Shown: one piece after another, positions 20,575-30,215 of the stretch | Numbering within the stretch: the first letter of the stretch is position 1 | How the letters are laid out: every line of letters begins with the position of its first letter | Assembly (NCBI GenBank): GCA_963769715.1 | Contig: CAVYNE010000015.1 | Span: 89,960-153,959, forward strand | Direction: 5' to 3' | Length of the DNA: 64,000 bases | DNA from: an uncultured Actinomycetes bacterium | GTDB lineage: Bacteria; Actinomycetota; Actinomycetes; Streptosporangiales; Streptosporangiaceae | The notes under the pieces: generated by a model | The model's input: the letters and a program-made list of their open reading frames with translations, nothing else | What the model was told of the DNA's origin: nothing | Database searches by the model: none | Translations under genes and position numbers: made by a program

Positions 20575-22968
20575 GTGTCGACCCTCACCCCGGTTCCCCC
20601 GGCCGGACCTGCGATGCTCGCGGCAGGTACCGGCGCCGGGCGCACGGACCACGCCCCCGTCCAGGCCGAGAACCGCGCACTCGGCATCCTGCTCGATGAC
20701 GCGCGGGCGGGCCGGCCGGTCCACGTCGAGCACATCCCGGCCCGGGCCGGCCGGGAAGTGCCCTGGCCGCAGTGGGTTCCCGCCGAGGTCATCGGCGCCT
20801 TCGCGGCTCGCGGCATCCGCGCTCCGTGGAGTCACCAGGCGCAGGCCGCTGATCACGCCTGGGCCGGCCGGAACGTGATCATCTCCACCGCCGCGGCTTC
20901 CGGTAAGTCGCTCGGCTACCTGCTGCCTGCGCTCACCTCGGTGCAGGCGGGCGACACTGTGCTCTATGTCACGCCCACCAAGGCGCTCGCGGCCGACCAG
21001 CTCGCGTCGATCCGCTCGCTCGGCCTGCCAGGGGTGCAGGCGGCCACGTTCGACGGCGACTCGACCTACGCCGAGCGGGCCTGGGCGCGCAGCCACGCCA
21101 GGTACCTACTGACGACCCCGGACATGCTGCATCGCGCGCTGCTGCCGGGGCACGCCAGATGGTCCGGATTCTTCAGCCGGCTCCGTTTGGTGATAATCGA
21201 CGAATGCCATGGCTATCGCGGTGTCTTCGGCTCGCACGTGGGGCACGTGCTGCGCCGGCTGCGCCGGGTGGTGGCGCACCACGCCCCGGCGGACGACCGG
21301 CCGCGCCCGGTCTTCGTGCTCGCCTCAGCCACGGTCGGGGCGCCCGGCGTCTGCGCCCGCCTGCTCACCGGGCTCGACGCCGAGGAGGTGACCGAGGACG
21401 GCTCGCCGCGCGGGCCGCTGGCCTTCGCGCTGTGGGAGCCGCCGCTGACCGATGCCCGCGGCGAGACCGGCGCCCGGCTGCGCCGGACCGCCACCGCACA
21501 GGCGGCGGACCTGCTCGGCAGGCTGGTCAAGGAGAACGTCCAGACGCTCGCCTTCATCAGGTCCCGGCGCGGTGCCGAGGCGGTCGCGCTGGCCGCACGC
21601 CGGTCGCTGGACGCGGCGCCGCTGGACGAGAAGGGGGCGGACCAGGCGAAGGTAGCGGCCTACCGCTCTGGGTACCTGCCCGAAGACCGGCGCCGGCTGG
21701 AGGCGGCCTTGTCCGACGGGCGCCTGGTCGGGCTGGCCACCACGACCGCGCTCGAACTCGGGGTCAACATCACCGGCCTGGACGCGGTGCTGATCGCCGG
21801 ATGGCCCGGGACCTGGGCCTCGCTGTGGCAGCAGGCCGGGCGGGCCGGGCGCAGCGGGCGGTCCGCGGCCGCGGTCCTGATCGCCCGCGACGACCCCTTG
21901 GATACCTACCTGGTACGCCATCCGGAGATCTTGCTGCGGCACCCGGTGGAGGCCACGGTCCTGGACCCGGCCAACCCGTACGTACTAGCCCCGCACCTGT
22001 GCGCGGCGGCTGCGGAGCTGGCCCTGACCGAACAGGACCTGGACATCTTCGGCCCGGCGGCCCGGGCCGTCGTCGATGACCTCACCCGGGCGGGGCGGCT
22101 GCGCCGCCGGCCGGCCGGCTGGTACAGCATGCGCCGGGACGCGGCCGCCGCGACCGGCCTGCGCGGAGCCGGCCTGGCATCGGTCCGGGTAGTGGAGGAG
22201 GCGACGGGCCGGCTGGTCGGCACGGTGGACGAGCCCTCGGCGCACCTGATCGTGCACGAGGGCGCCATCTACGTGCACCAGGGCGACAGCTACCTGGTGA
22301 CGACGCTGGACCTCGACGACCGGGTGGCCCTGGTGGAACCGGGCGAGCCCGGCTACACCACCACCGCCAGGGACGTGACCGAGATCGAGGTCCGCGACGA
22401 ACTGCGCCGGGTGGCGTGGGGCCAGGCCGAGGTCCGCTTCGGTGACGTCCAGGTCACCCGGCAGGTCGTCAGCTTCACCCGGCGGCGCGCCGACACCGGC
22501 GCGGCGCTCGGCGAGACGCCGCTCGACCTGCCGCCCCGCCACCTGCTGACCCGGGCGGTGTGGTGGACGGTATCCGCCGATCAGGCCGACGCGCTCACCG
22601 TCGCGGGCGTCGACCTGGGCGGGGCGGCCCACGCGGCGGAGCACGCCTCGATCGGCCTGCTCCCGCTGTTCGCCACCTGCGACCGCTGGGACATCGGCGG
22701 GGTCTCCGCCGCCAGGCACCCGGCGACCGGGACGCTCACCGTCTTCGTCTACGACGGCCACGACGGCGGCGCCGGGTTCGCCGAACGCGGTTTCGGCGCC
22801 GCCGCGGAGTGGCTCCGCGCCACCAGGGCGGCCATCGCCAGCTGTGACTGCGAGGCCGGCTGTCCCTCGTGCGTGCAATCACCGAAGTGCGGCAATGCCA
22901 ACCACCCGCTGTCCAAGCAGGGCGCGGTGGCGCTGCTCGATACTCTCCTGGCCGGCTCCCCGACCTAA
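20575..22968 (+). CDS. DEAD/DEAH-box helicase with C-terminal DUF1998 Zn-ribbon (MrfA/YprA-like)
   Basis: Walker A TAAASGKS, DECH box (VIIDECHGYRG), and C-terminal CDCEAGCPSCVQSPKCGNANHPL. Start set at GTG 20575 after GAGGAA. Confidence 0.85.
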   Translation: MSTLTPVPPAGPAMLAAGTGAGRTDHAPVQAENRALGILLDDARAGRPVHVEHIPARAGREVPWPQWVPAEVIGAFAARGIRAPWSHQAQAADHAWAGRNVIISTAAASGKSLGYLLPALTSVQAGDTVLYVTPTKALAADQLASIRSLGLPGVQAATFDGDSTYAERAWARSHARYLLTTPDMLHRALLPGHARWSGFFSRLRLVIIDECHGYRGVFGSHVGHVLRRLRRVVAHHAPADDRPRPVFVLASATVGAPGVCARLLTGLDAEEVTEDGSPRGPLAFALWEPPLTDARGETGARLRRTATAQAADLLGRLVKENVQTLAFIRSRRGAEAVALAARRSLDAAPLDEKGADQAKVAAYRSGYLPEDRRRLEAALSDGRLVGLATTTALELGVNITGLDAVLIAGWPGTWASLWQQAGRAGRSGRSAAAVLIARDDPLDTYLVRHPEILLRHPVEATVLDPANPYVLAPHLCAAAAELALTEQDLDIFGPAARAVVDDLTRAGRLRRRPAGWYSMRRDAAAATGLRGAGLASVRVVEEATGRLVGTVDEPSAHLIVHEGAIYVHQGDSYLVTTLDLDDRVALVEPGEPGYTTTARDVTEIEVRDELRRVAWGQAEVRFGDVQVTRQVVSFTRRRADTGAALGETPLDLPPRHLLTRAVWWTVSADQADALTVAGVDLGGAAHAAEHASIGLLPLFATCDRWDIGGVSAARHPATGTLTVFVYDGHDGGAGFAERGFGAAAEWLRATRAAIASCDCEAGCPSCVQSPKCGNANHPLSKQGAVALLDTLLAGSPT

Positions 22969-23077
22969 AGGGATGCGCACCCGTCCACCACACAATGCCA
23001 GACAGGCACAGAGGTAACAGGAGCATCTCGGACGGGACCTCGACGGTCACAGAGGCAACTGTCGCCACAAAGGCACA

Positions 23078-23165
23078 GGAAAAAGGAGGCGGGCGCCGCC
23101 GGGGGGGAGAGCGACGCCCGCACGCACGGTCCGGCCCTGGGGGGGAGGCCGGCTCCGTCCTTATT
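23078..23165 (-). ncRNA. Candidate 6C small RNA (two stem-loops with C7 loops + U-tract)
   Basis: Read on the minus strand: CCGGCC-UCCCCCCCAG-GGCCGG (23131-23152), GCGGGCG...CUCCCCCCCGG...CGCCCGC (23089-23121), then CUCCUUUUUCC. This matches the defining description of actinobacterial 6C RNA. It lies in a gene-free gap. The ends are not determined. Confidence 0.6.
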
Positions 23166-23760
23166 AATAAGCTTATCCGCAAAGTCCTCCCGTATGCGAC
23201 CACCAGTGTCGTTTTCGCGACCACCGGTGGCGTATCCGCCACAGGCACCCGTTGCGGCGTCAGCCAATCGAATTACAACATATGCCGAAGGGTCTGAGAA
23301 GGGTCTATCGCGAGATTTGGCTACCCTGCGGTAGGAGTTTTCACTAAGTAAGATTCCGCGGCACGGCGGGTGCCGGGGCTCCGACACCGCCCCCGGCACC
23401 GGATGTATACCATCGACACTGTCCGCAAACAGCGGATTCGAATCATCATACCCCTTCTGTCCAGCCTCTAAGCGGTTGACGGGCCACGGTGAATGGCCGG
23501 GAAGCGAGCCACTAGTTAACGGCATGTGATCGGGGGGACTGATTAAGATCACGAATTGGTTACGTGGGGGGCTTTTCAGGCTGGCGATTTCGTCGTAGAA
23601 AGGTGATACGGACGCAGCAGCGTCCGGGCACGGCAGCCAGGTACCCACGCGCGACCAGCCGCGGGAGGCGTGTCAGACCAGGCCAGGTCGGTAGCGGCCA
23701 GCCTGGATGACAGAGAAGGTGCACGCTTGGTAGCCAGGCCTGACGTGGGTTTTCTGCGAC

Positions 23761-23792
23761 GGCGCCCCGGCCAGGGGCGCCGTTTGCTTTCC
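23761..23792 (+). terminator. Intrinsic-terminator-like hairpin with no annotated upstream gene
   Basis: GGCGCCCC ggcca GGGGCGCC followed by GTTTGCTTTCC. Confidence 0.4.
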
Positions 23793-24131
23793 GGCTCGCC
23801 CCACCGGGTCTCCGGGTCTCTGGTTCTGGGTATGCTCTGGATTTCTTCAGATTCCTGCGGGCTTCTGTTCACGCAATCGTGACGCTGCAATCCGGCGAAT
23901 CGCTACACATCGGTGTATATGTCCCATAACGCCTGCGCGTCAATTGGGTCGGGCGTACCAGATCGACGGCGCCTGGAGTGTGCTCCGTCGCACCGCCCCG
24001 GCGTGCTGCCATGATGACCAGCAACGCTAGCCTTGGAGTTTGCCGAACATGAGCTAGCCCCGAGGAGATATCGGACGCGGGCGCCCATTACCGTGCGGGA
24101 GCGCGGATAAGTGGTCCGCACACGATGGGAG

Positions 24132-24596
24132 ATGGACTCGATGGTCCGCAGCGATACGCCGGAACCGGCCGGCGCTGATCAGTCACTTGGGGATCTCGTC
24201 GCCCTGGCCGCCAAGGACGTGTCCCAGCTGATCAGGTATGAGATCGACTTGGCCAAGACCGAATTGCGCGACGACGCGAAGCGGGTCGGCATGGCGGGCG
24301 CCGGGATCGGCCTGGCCGCCTTCGTCGGCTGCCTGGTGCTCGTCCTGCTCAGCATCGCCCTGGCGCTTGGCCTGCACGCGCTGGGTATCTGGGACTGGGC
24401 GGCCTTCCTGATCGTCGCGGGTATCTACGTGCTGCTAGCCGCGGTGGTAGTGGGGATCGTCCTGCTGAGGGTGCGCAATCTGTCCGGCCTGCGCAAGACG
24501 CGCACTACCGTGACCGAGGGGCTCGGGATGCTGCGGCATGAGATCCAGCACCCCGACGGCCAGCAGCCCGAGCTCGCCGGGCGCAAGACCCAGTGA
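24132..24596 (+). CDS. Small membrane protein of the 'phage holin family / actinobacterial holin-X'-like type; start uncertain (24111/24132/24141)
   Basis: Amphipathic DVSQLIRYEIDLAKTELRDDAKRVG followed by two TM helices. Confidence 0.65.
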   Translation: MDSMVRSDTPEPAGADQSLGDLVALAAKDVSQLIRYEIDLAKTELRDDAKRVGMAGAGIGLAAFVGCLVLVLLSIALALGLHALGIWDWAAFLIVAGIYVLLAAVVVGIVLLRVRNLSGLRKTRTTVTEGLGMLRHEIQHPDGQQPELAGRKTQ

Positions 24597-24606
24597 GGTG
24601 AGCGCC

Positions 24607-25530
24607 ATGCCTGGCGGCGCCGACGCCGTGGTCCAGATCGGCGGCCCCTGGGCCCACCGGTCGGTATCGGCCAACGGCACCCGGTTCCATGCCGCCGAGG
24701 CAGGTGACGGGCCGCTGGTACTGCTACTGCACGGCTTCCCCGAGTTCTGGTGGACCTGGCGTCATCAGCTGGCCGTGCTGCCCGAAGCGGGCTTCCGCGC
24801 GGTCGCGGTGGACCTGCGCGGCTACGGCGGCAGCGACAAGCCGCCTCGCGGCTACGACCTGGTGACAGCGGCCTCCGATGCGGCCGGGCTGATCCGGGCC
24901 ATGGGCGAGGCGAACGCGATCGTGATCGGCCATGGCCTGGGCGGGCTGATCGCCTGGACGCTGGCCGCCTACTACCCCAAGGTGGTCCGGCGGCTGGCCG
25001 TGATCTCGATGGCGCACCCGCTGCGGATGCGTGCCTCGGTGTTCACCGACCCGCTCGGCCAGGGCCGCCGCATCGGCTACGCGCTCGGGTTCCAGCTGCC
25101 CGTATTCCCCGAGCGTCAGCTGCTGCGGGACGGCGCCTTGCGGGTGGGCCAGATGCTCGAGAAATGGTCCGCGCCTGGCTGGCCCGATCCGGAGACTGAG
25201 CGGATCTACGCCCGGGCCATGCGGATACCCTCGGTGGCGCACTCCGCGCTGGAATACCACCGCTGGCTGGCCCGCAGCGGCGTGCGGCCCGACGGCGTGC
25301 GCTACGCCCGGCACATGCGGGCCGCGATCCAGGCCCCGACCCTGCACCTGCACGGCGCCCTGGACAGCTGTGTGCTGCCGCAGACCGCGCGGGGTGCCGG
25401 GCGCTACGTCGAGGGTCCGTACCGCTGGCGCGTGATCGACGGCGCGGGCCACTTCCCGCACGAGGAACGGCCGGAGATCCTCGATACCGAGCTGCTCGGC
25501 TGGCTGGCCGACCCGGAACCCGAGCGTTGA
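24607..25530 (+). CDS. Alpha/beta hydrolase, epoxide-hydrolase-like
   Basis: LLLHGFPEFWWTWRHQL (HGxP + W) and the nucleophile elbow GHGLGG. Start at ATG 24607. Confidence 0.85.
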   Translation: MPGGADAVVQIGGPWAHRSVSANGTRFHAAEAGDGPLVLLLHGFPEFWWTWRHQLAVLPEAGFRAVAVDLRGYGGSDKPPRGYDLVTAASDAAGLIRAMGEANAIVIGHGLGGLIAWTLAAYYPKVVRRLAVISMAHPLRMRASVFTDPLGQGRRIGYALGFQLPVFPERQLLRDGALRVGQMLEKWSAPGWPDPETERIYARAMRIPSVAHSALEYHRWLARSGVRPDGVRYARHMRAAIQAPTLHLHGALDSCVLPQTARGAGRYVEGPYRWRVIDGAGHFPHEERPEILDTELLGWLADPEPER

Positions 25531-26060
25531 CGCGGGACCGCGACCCGGCCGGCCGGCCGCGGAACGCGCGACCCCGCGACGCCCTGGGACGCCCCCTGGA
25601 CCGCGCCGAGTCCGAGGCCGACCAGGCCAGGATTCCCGACGATCTCGCGATCACCGGCCCCGACGCGGCCAGGCTCGCCGATCAGCTGCTCCGCGAGGGC
25701 CGTCCGTTCCACGCGCACGAGGTGCTCGAGGCGGCCTGGAAGTCGGCCCCGCCGCGCGAGCGCGATCTGTGGCAGGGCCTGGCCCAGGTCGCGGTCGGGC
25801 TGACCCACGCTCGCCGGGGCAACGCCCGCGGCGCGGTCGCCCTGCTCCGGCGGGGCGCCCAGCGCGTCCGCGCATACCAGGACCAGCCCCAGCCGGACCA
25901 GCACCAGCCGCAGGTCGGGCCCGAATGGGCCCATCCGTACGGCATGGACATCCCGGCCGTCCTAGCGGCCGCAGACGGTATGGCGGCGCGCATCGAGCGG
26001 CACGGGCTCGACGGCCTTCCGCCCGCCGACCTGACGCCCCGGCTGCTGGTTCGTCCCTAG
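25527..26060 (+). CDS. DUF309-domain protein
   Basis: FHAHEVLEAAWKSAPPRERDLWQGLAQVAVGLTHARRGN. Confidence 0.7.
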   Translation: MTRDRDPAGRPRNARPRDALGRPLDRAESEADQARIPDDLAITGPDAARLADQLLREGRPFHAHEVLEAAWKSAPPRERDLWQGLAQVAVGLTHARRGNARGAVALLRRGAQRVRAYQDQPQPDQHQPQVGPEWAHPYGMDIPAVLAAADGMAARIERHGLDGLPPADLTPRLLVRP

Positions 26061-27259
26061 TCGCAGCCCATGGTGGAGACGGCCGTAGTGGATTGCGCGC
26101 CCGCCTGGGCGTCGGGGAGCACCTGGTTGGCGGTGAGCGCGAAGCCGGTGTCGGGCACGCCCACCGCGGCGGCGAACACCACGCCGTCGACGGTGCCGTC
26201 GGGCGAAAGGAGCGGGCCGCCCGAGTTACCCGACTCGACCACGGCCCTGATCTCGTAGATCTGGCGGGTCACGGTGCTGGTCTGGTAGATGTTCGGGCCC
26301 TGCGCGTTCTGGATGCCGCCGATCCTGGCCGGCACGGTATGCAGGGTCGGGGCGTCGAGGGGGTAGCCCGCGACTATGGCGTTGTCGCCGGGATTGGCCT
26401 GCCCGGCGAACTGCAGCGGGGCCAGGTTGAGGCCGGGCACGTACAGGACGGCCACGTCCACCTGCGGGTCGTAGAACACCACGGTGGCCGGCAGCTTCCG
26501 GCCGTCCGCGGTGAAGACCATCTGCTGTTGCGTCACCCCGGCCACCACGTGCGCGTTGGTCAGGACGTGGTCGGCTGAGATGACGAAGCCGGAGCCCTCG
26601 ATGGATCGCTGGCAGCTCGGCGCCACCCCCTGCACCCGGACCACCCGGTTTTCCGCCTCCCGGAAGCCCGGGCTGTTCAGCACGTTGGGGTCCGGGGCCG
26701 GGATGGCGAGGACGCGCTCCGCGCCGATCCCGCTGAACACCTCGGCGTAAGTGCTGTTGCTGGCCAGCAGCCTGCGGAAGTCGGAAAACATGGTCTTCGC
26801 CGGCGAGGGCATGAACTTGTCCAGTGTCTGCAGCGCCACTGAGTTGTTCACCTGCTGATCGACCACGGGGAACGGAGACTGGTTCAGCACCGATCCGACC
26901 ACCCAGGCGATCAGCAGCACGGAGACCATGCTGACGACGGAGCCGCCGACGGAGTCCAGGACCGTCGCTGAGCGCCAGGTCACCGTAGAGCGCATGGCCG
27001 CGCCGATGGAGGAGGCAATGAACTGCCCGATCACCGCGAAGCTCACCAGCAGGACGACGGCGATGACATCCTGCTGTGTCTGCCCGCCGACCAGCGCCCG
27101 GGAGATGCTCGGGCCGAACTCCGCACCGAGCAGCGCGCCGCCCACGAAGCCGAAGAAGCTGAGCACGCCGACGATGAAACCCTGCCGGTAACCGGACACC
27201 GCGAACGCGGCCACAACCACGATCAAGATGAGGTCGAGCACATCACCGCGCACGACCAC
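26057..27259 (-). CDS. marP: MarP-type membrane serine protease (CvpA-like TM domain + trypsin-like S1 domain)
   Basis: Four N-terminal TM helices. HVLTNAHVV (His) and GNSGGPLL (Ser). The position next to NUDIX and nth matches the mycobacterial marP neighbourhood. Confidence 0.8.
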   Translation of the reverse strand: MVVRGDVLDLILIVVVAAFAVSGYRQGFIVGVLSFFGFVGGALLGAEFGPSISRALVGGQTQQDVIAVVLLVSFAVIGQFIASSIGAAMRSTVTWRSATVLDSVGGSVVSMVSVLLIAWVVGSVLNQSPFPVVDQQVNNSVALQTLDKFMPSPAKTMFSDFRRLLASNSTYAEVFSGIGAERVLAIPAPDPNVLNSPGFREAENRVVRVQGVAPSCQRSIEGSGFVISADHVLTNAHVVAGVTQQQMVFTADGRKLPATVVFYDPQVDVAVLYVPGLNLAPLQFAGQANPGDNAIVAGYPLDAPTLHTVPARIGGIQNAQGPNIYQTSTVTRQIYEIRAVVESGNSGGPLLSPDGTVDGVVFAAAVGVPDTGFALTANQVLPDAQAGAQSTTAVSTMGCD

Positions 27260-27316
27260 AACGGTATAGCGTCTTAGCCGATGTGTGGCCCGTCAGCGCC
27301 AGTCAGTCAGCACCAG

Positions 27317-28015
27317 TCACAAATCCTCCACGACGGTGTCATCCCACGGTTTCTCCCAGCCGGCCAGGGCGAGCAGGCGGTCGACCAGCGCGGCGGTGAA
27401 CCCCCAGATGAGCATTCCCCGGACCCGGAACGCGGGGCTCATCCGCCCGTCAGGCACGCGGACCATCAGGCGCGCAGCGGGGTCGGCCAGCTCAGCGACG
27501 CTGACCCGTTCTACCGCGGCTACCTCGCCCGCGTCGACCGGGGCGACCGCGGACGGCCGCCGCCACCAGGCCAGGACGGGAACGACGCGGAAGCCCGTCC
27601 GCGGGATGAATACCTCGGGCAACGTCCCGACCACGTCGACACCGCTCGGGTCGAGGCCGACTTCCTCGACCGCCTCCCGCAGGGCGGCCCCGACCGGTCC
27701 CCCGTCGCCGGCGTCGATGGCCCCGCCGGGGAAGGCCGGCTGGCCGGCGTGCAGCCGGAGCTCCTCGCTGCGCTGGATGAGCAGAAGGTCCGGGCCACCC
27801 GGGCCGTCCGCGAACAGCATGAGCACCGCCGACGCCCGGCCGCCGGTGGCGGGCGGCATGAGCTGCGGATGTATCTCCATCGTCTCGGCCGCGGCCGCCA
27901 GCTGGCGCAGCCACTCCGGTGCAGGCGGCGCCGGCCCAGGCTCGGCTGGCAGGGTCTCGGCTGGCCCAGGCTCGGCTGGCAGGGTCTCGGCTGGCACGGG
28001 CTCGCCTGAGGTCAC
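27317..28015 (-). CDS. NUDIX hydrolase (CoA-pyrophosphatase-like)
   Basis: NUDIX box [25 protein letters not shown]. Start placed at GTG 28015, overlapping the nth stop (GTGA). The N-terminus carries a 30-bp tandem repeat. Confidence 0.8.
   Translation of the reverse strand: MTSGEPVPAETLPAEPGPAETLPAEPGPAPPAPEWLRQLAAAAETMEIHPQLMPPATGGRASAVLMLFADGPGGPDLLLIQRSEELRLHAGQPAFPGGAIDAGDGGPVGAALREAVEEVGLDPSGVDVVGTLPEVFIPRTGFRVVPVLAWWRRPSAVAPVDAGEVAAVERVSVAELADPAARLMVRVPDGRMSPAFRVRGMLIWGFTAALVDRLLALAGWEKPWDDTVVEDL
27931..27990 (-). repeat. In-frame 30-bp tandem duplication ([10 protein letters not shown] x2) in the NUDIX N-terminus
   Basis: ccggcccaggctcggctggcagggtctcgg / ctggcccaggctcggctggcagggtctcgg. 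Confidence 0.95.
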
Positions 28016-28719
28016 GAGAACGGGCCGGACTTGACGAGCTTCGCGGCCACCTCCGGATCGGTGGGACCCTCGCCGAAGGAGGGGCAGAGCGGGGCCAGCG
28101 CGCACGCGCCGCAGGCGGGCCTGCGGGCATGGCAGACCCGCCGGCCGTGCCAGATCATCCGGTGCGAGAGGACCGTCCAGTCCTTGCGCGGGATGAGCGT
28201 GGCCACCTCGGCCTCGACCTTTTCCGGCTCCAGGCTCGTAGTCCAGCCGAACCGCCTGGCCAGCCGCCCGAAATGGGTGTCCACGGTGATGCCAGGGATA
28301 CCGAAGGCGTTCCCGAGCACCACGTTCGCGGTCTTCCGGCCCACGCCGGGCAGGGTGACGAGATCGCGCAGCCGCGGGGGCACCTCCCCGCCGAACCTCT
28401 CGCAGAGCGCCTGCCCGAGTCCGATCAGGCTGTTCGCCTTGGCGTGGTAGAAGCCGGTCGACTGGATGATCTTCTCGAGCTCGTCGCGATCGGCGGCGGC
28501 GTAGTCCGCGGCCGTGGGGTACCGCGCGAACAGCGTGGGAGTCACCATGTTCACGCGCTTGTCGGTGGTCTGCGCGGACAGGATCGTCGCGACGAGCAAC
28601 TCGAGCGGGGAGGAGAAGTCCAGCTCGGTGTGCACGTCTGGATAGAGCAGGGCCAGTTCGCGGCTGATCCGGCGCGCGCGCCTGACCAGCGCGGTATGCG
28701 AAGGGGGCTCGGCGGTCAC
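28012..28719 (-). CDS. nth: Endonuclease III
   Basis: Hh[21 protein letters not shown], catalytic D in VDTHFGR, and the C-terminal 4Fe-4S cluster [17 protein letters not shown]. Confidence 0.95.
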   Translation of the reverse strand: MTAEPPSHTALVRRARRISRELALLYPDVHTELDFSSPLELLVATILSAQTTDKRVNMVTPTLFARYPTAADYAAADRDELEKIIQSTGFYHAKANSLIGLGQALCERFGGEVPPRLRDLVTLPGVGRKTANVVLGNAFGIPGITVDTHFGRLARRFGWTTSLEPEKVEAEVATLIPRKDWTVLSHRMIWHGRRVCHARRPACGACALAPLCPSFGEGPTDPEVAAKLVKSGPFS

Positions 28720-28790
28720 GATTCCAGCTTAGGCCTGCGGGCCTGCTGCCCGGCGCGGTCGCGGGTCGCGCCGGGCCCTGGCGGTTCGCC

Positions 28791-28973
28791 CTACGACGAG
28801 GGCGGGGACGCCGGCGCAGCGAGCGTGTCGCACAGCGCGACTTGCGCTATTTCGCGATTCCGCAGCATGCTCCAGCAGTATCGAAAGAGATCGTCACCGT
28901 ACGCGTCAATGAGCTCGGCGAGCGCATCAGGTGAGCCGGCGCGCAGGGCGGCTGCGATCTGGCGGTAATTCAT
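28791..28973 (-). pseudogene. Short sigma-70 region-2-like N-terminal fragment (60-73 aa), probably a remnant
   Basis: ALAELIDAYGDDLFRYCWSMLRNREIAQVALCDTL resembles the start of ECF sigma region 2, then terminates. No convincing RBS. Confidence 0.3.
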
Positions 28974-29150
28974 GGCCAAAATCTCTAGAGCAAAACAAGT
29001 GAGCTCAGCCACCTATTCAATGTAACGAGCGTTTAAACCAGTACTATTTCCTTAGTGCACGGAAAGGATTCAATGATTGCTGCTGCCACTCATCACACTA
29101 TTATCACGATAAAGCACTCTGCGCCCTTGGCGACCCATTGAGGAGCAGGC

Positions 29151-29960
29151 TCAGGTTTGGGCGTGTACGGCGCATTTGGCCATGTCGTAGGGGGCCGGGG
29201 CGAGCCGGGCGGCCAGCAGGCCGCCCAGTCGGTCCGCCGGGTCGATGTGGCGGCCGAGCACCACGACCGCCACATGCCGGGCGCCCGCCCGCTTAAGCGC
29301 AGCGGCGGCGGACTGGGCGCTGGCGCCCGATACCCAGGTGTCCTCAAGCAGCAGCACACTGGCTGGTGCCGTAAACCGTTCGGCATAGAACCGGTTCACG
29401 TTCGGGTCACGGCCCTGCTCCCCCGGCCGGATGACCAGCCGGGTCACCGGCAGCCGCAGGTAGGGAGCGGACAGCGCGAGCAGCGGGTGCGGCCCCGGAC
29501 GGCCGCAGCCGGTCGGCACCACGGCCAGCCGGCCGGGCGCGGGCATGCCCGCGTGCCGCCAGACGCAGGTCCCGTGGTCGTGCAGGAAGGCGAGCAGCAG
29601 GGCTCGCATCGATGTCTGCGCGGCGTCGCTCGGCGCCCGCCAGGACTTGTAGCGCCACAGGTCGGCGGCAAACGCGGTGCCTTTGACCGCGTAGGAGATG
29701 GGCACCACGGCGTCGGCGAGCAAGCCCGGGCCCAGCAGGTCATGCCGTGCGCACTGATAGCAGCGGGCGAATCCGGGCCGCACCGGACCGCGGCACAGGA
29801 CGCATACGGCGGCGCCGGACGGCGCCATGGACGGCTGCGACGGATACGGCTCAAGCGGGTACAAAGAGATCGCCGGCGGCCGCAGCCGCCGCCGCAGGAT
29901 GTCCCAGGGGTCGGCGCGAGGCTCGCGGTCGGGCAGGTTCGGCGACATTGATCCGGACAT
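29151..29960 (-). CDS. ComF-like phosphoribosyltransferase-fold protein with N-terminal Cys4 ribbon
   Basis: CVLCRGPV...CYQCARH. PRT-type nucleotide loop VLLLEDTWVSGASAQSAAAALKRAGA. Confidence 0.7.
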   Translation of the reverse strand: MSGSMSPNLPDREPRADPWDILRRRLRPPAISLYPLEPYPSQPSMAPSGAAVCVLCRGPVRPGFARCYQCARHDLLGPGLLADAVVPISYAVKGTAFAADLWRYKSWRAPSDAAQTSMRALLLAFLHDHGTCVWRHAGMPAPGRLAVVPTGCGRPGPHPLLALSAPYLRLPVTRLVIRPGEQGRDPNVNRFYAERFTAPASVLLLEDTWVSGASAQSAAAALKRAGARHVAVVVLGRHIDPADRLGGLLAARLAPAPYDMAKCAVHAQT

Positions 29961-30215
29961 GCGGTGATGCTAAGGACTGCCACTGACAAAGCACTCAGGG
30001 ACCGCTAGAATGGGACATTGAGCTAGGCCGTGATACACCTCACATCGTTACCTGGGTCGGCAATCCGGTCGCAATTGGTGACGACACTGGCCAAATCCCG
30101 CTCATAGTCCCGCCTGTTACCCCGGGATGCGGCAGAATGAGCCCTGCCAGGAAGGCGGCCGGGCATTAGCGCGGCATCTCCCGCTGCCCGATGCGACTCA
30201 TGGCAAGGATTCTGG

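Noticed and set aside
23434-23444. GGATTCGAATC, reminiscent of a tRNA T-arm/loop
   Set aside because: Flanking bases cannot form a T-stem (GCGGA versus CATCA), and no acceptor, D or anticodon arms can be drawn on either strand. It is at most a relic.
22965-23648. 227-aa minus-strand ORF in the helicase-downstream gap
   Set aside because: It has no backbone-like codon bias, runs through the two C7-loop hairpins and the U-tract assigned to the 6C RNA, and has no motifs.
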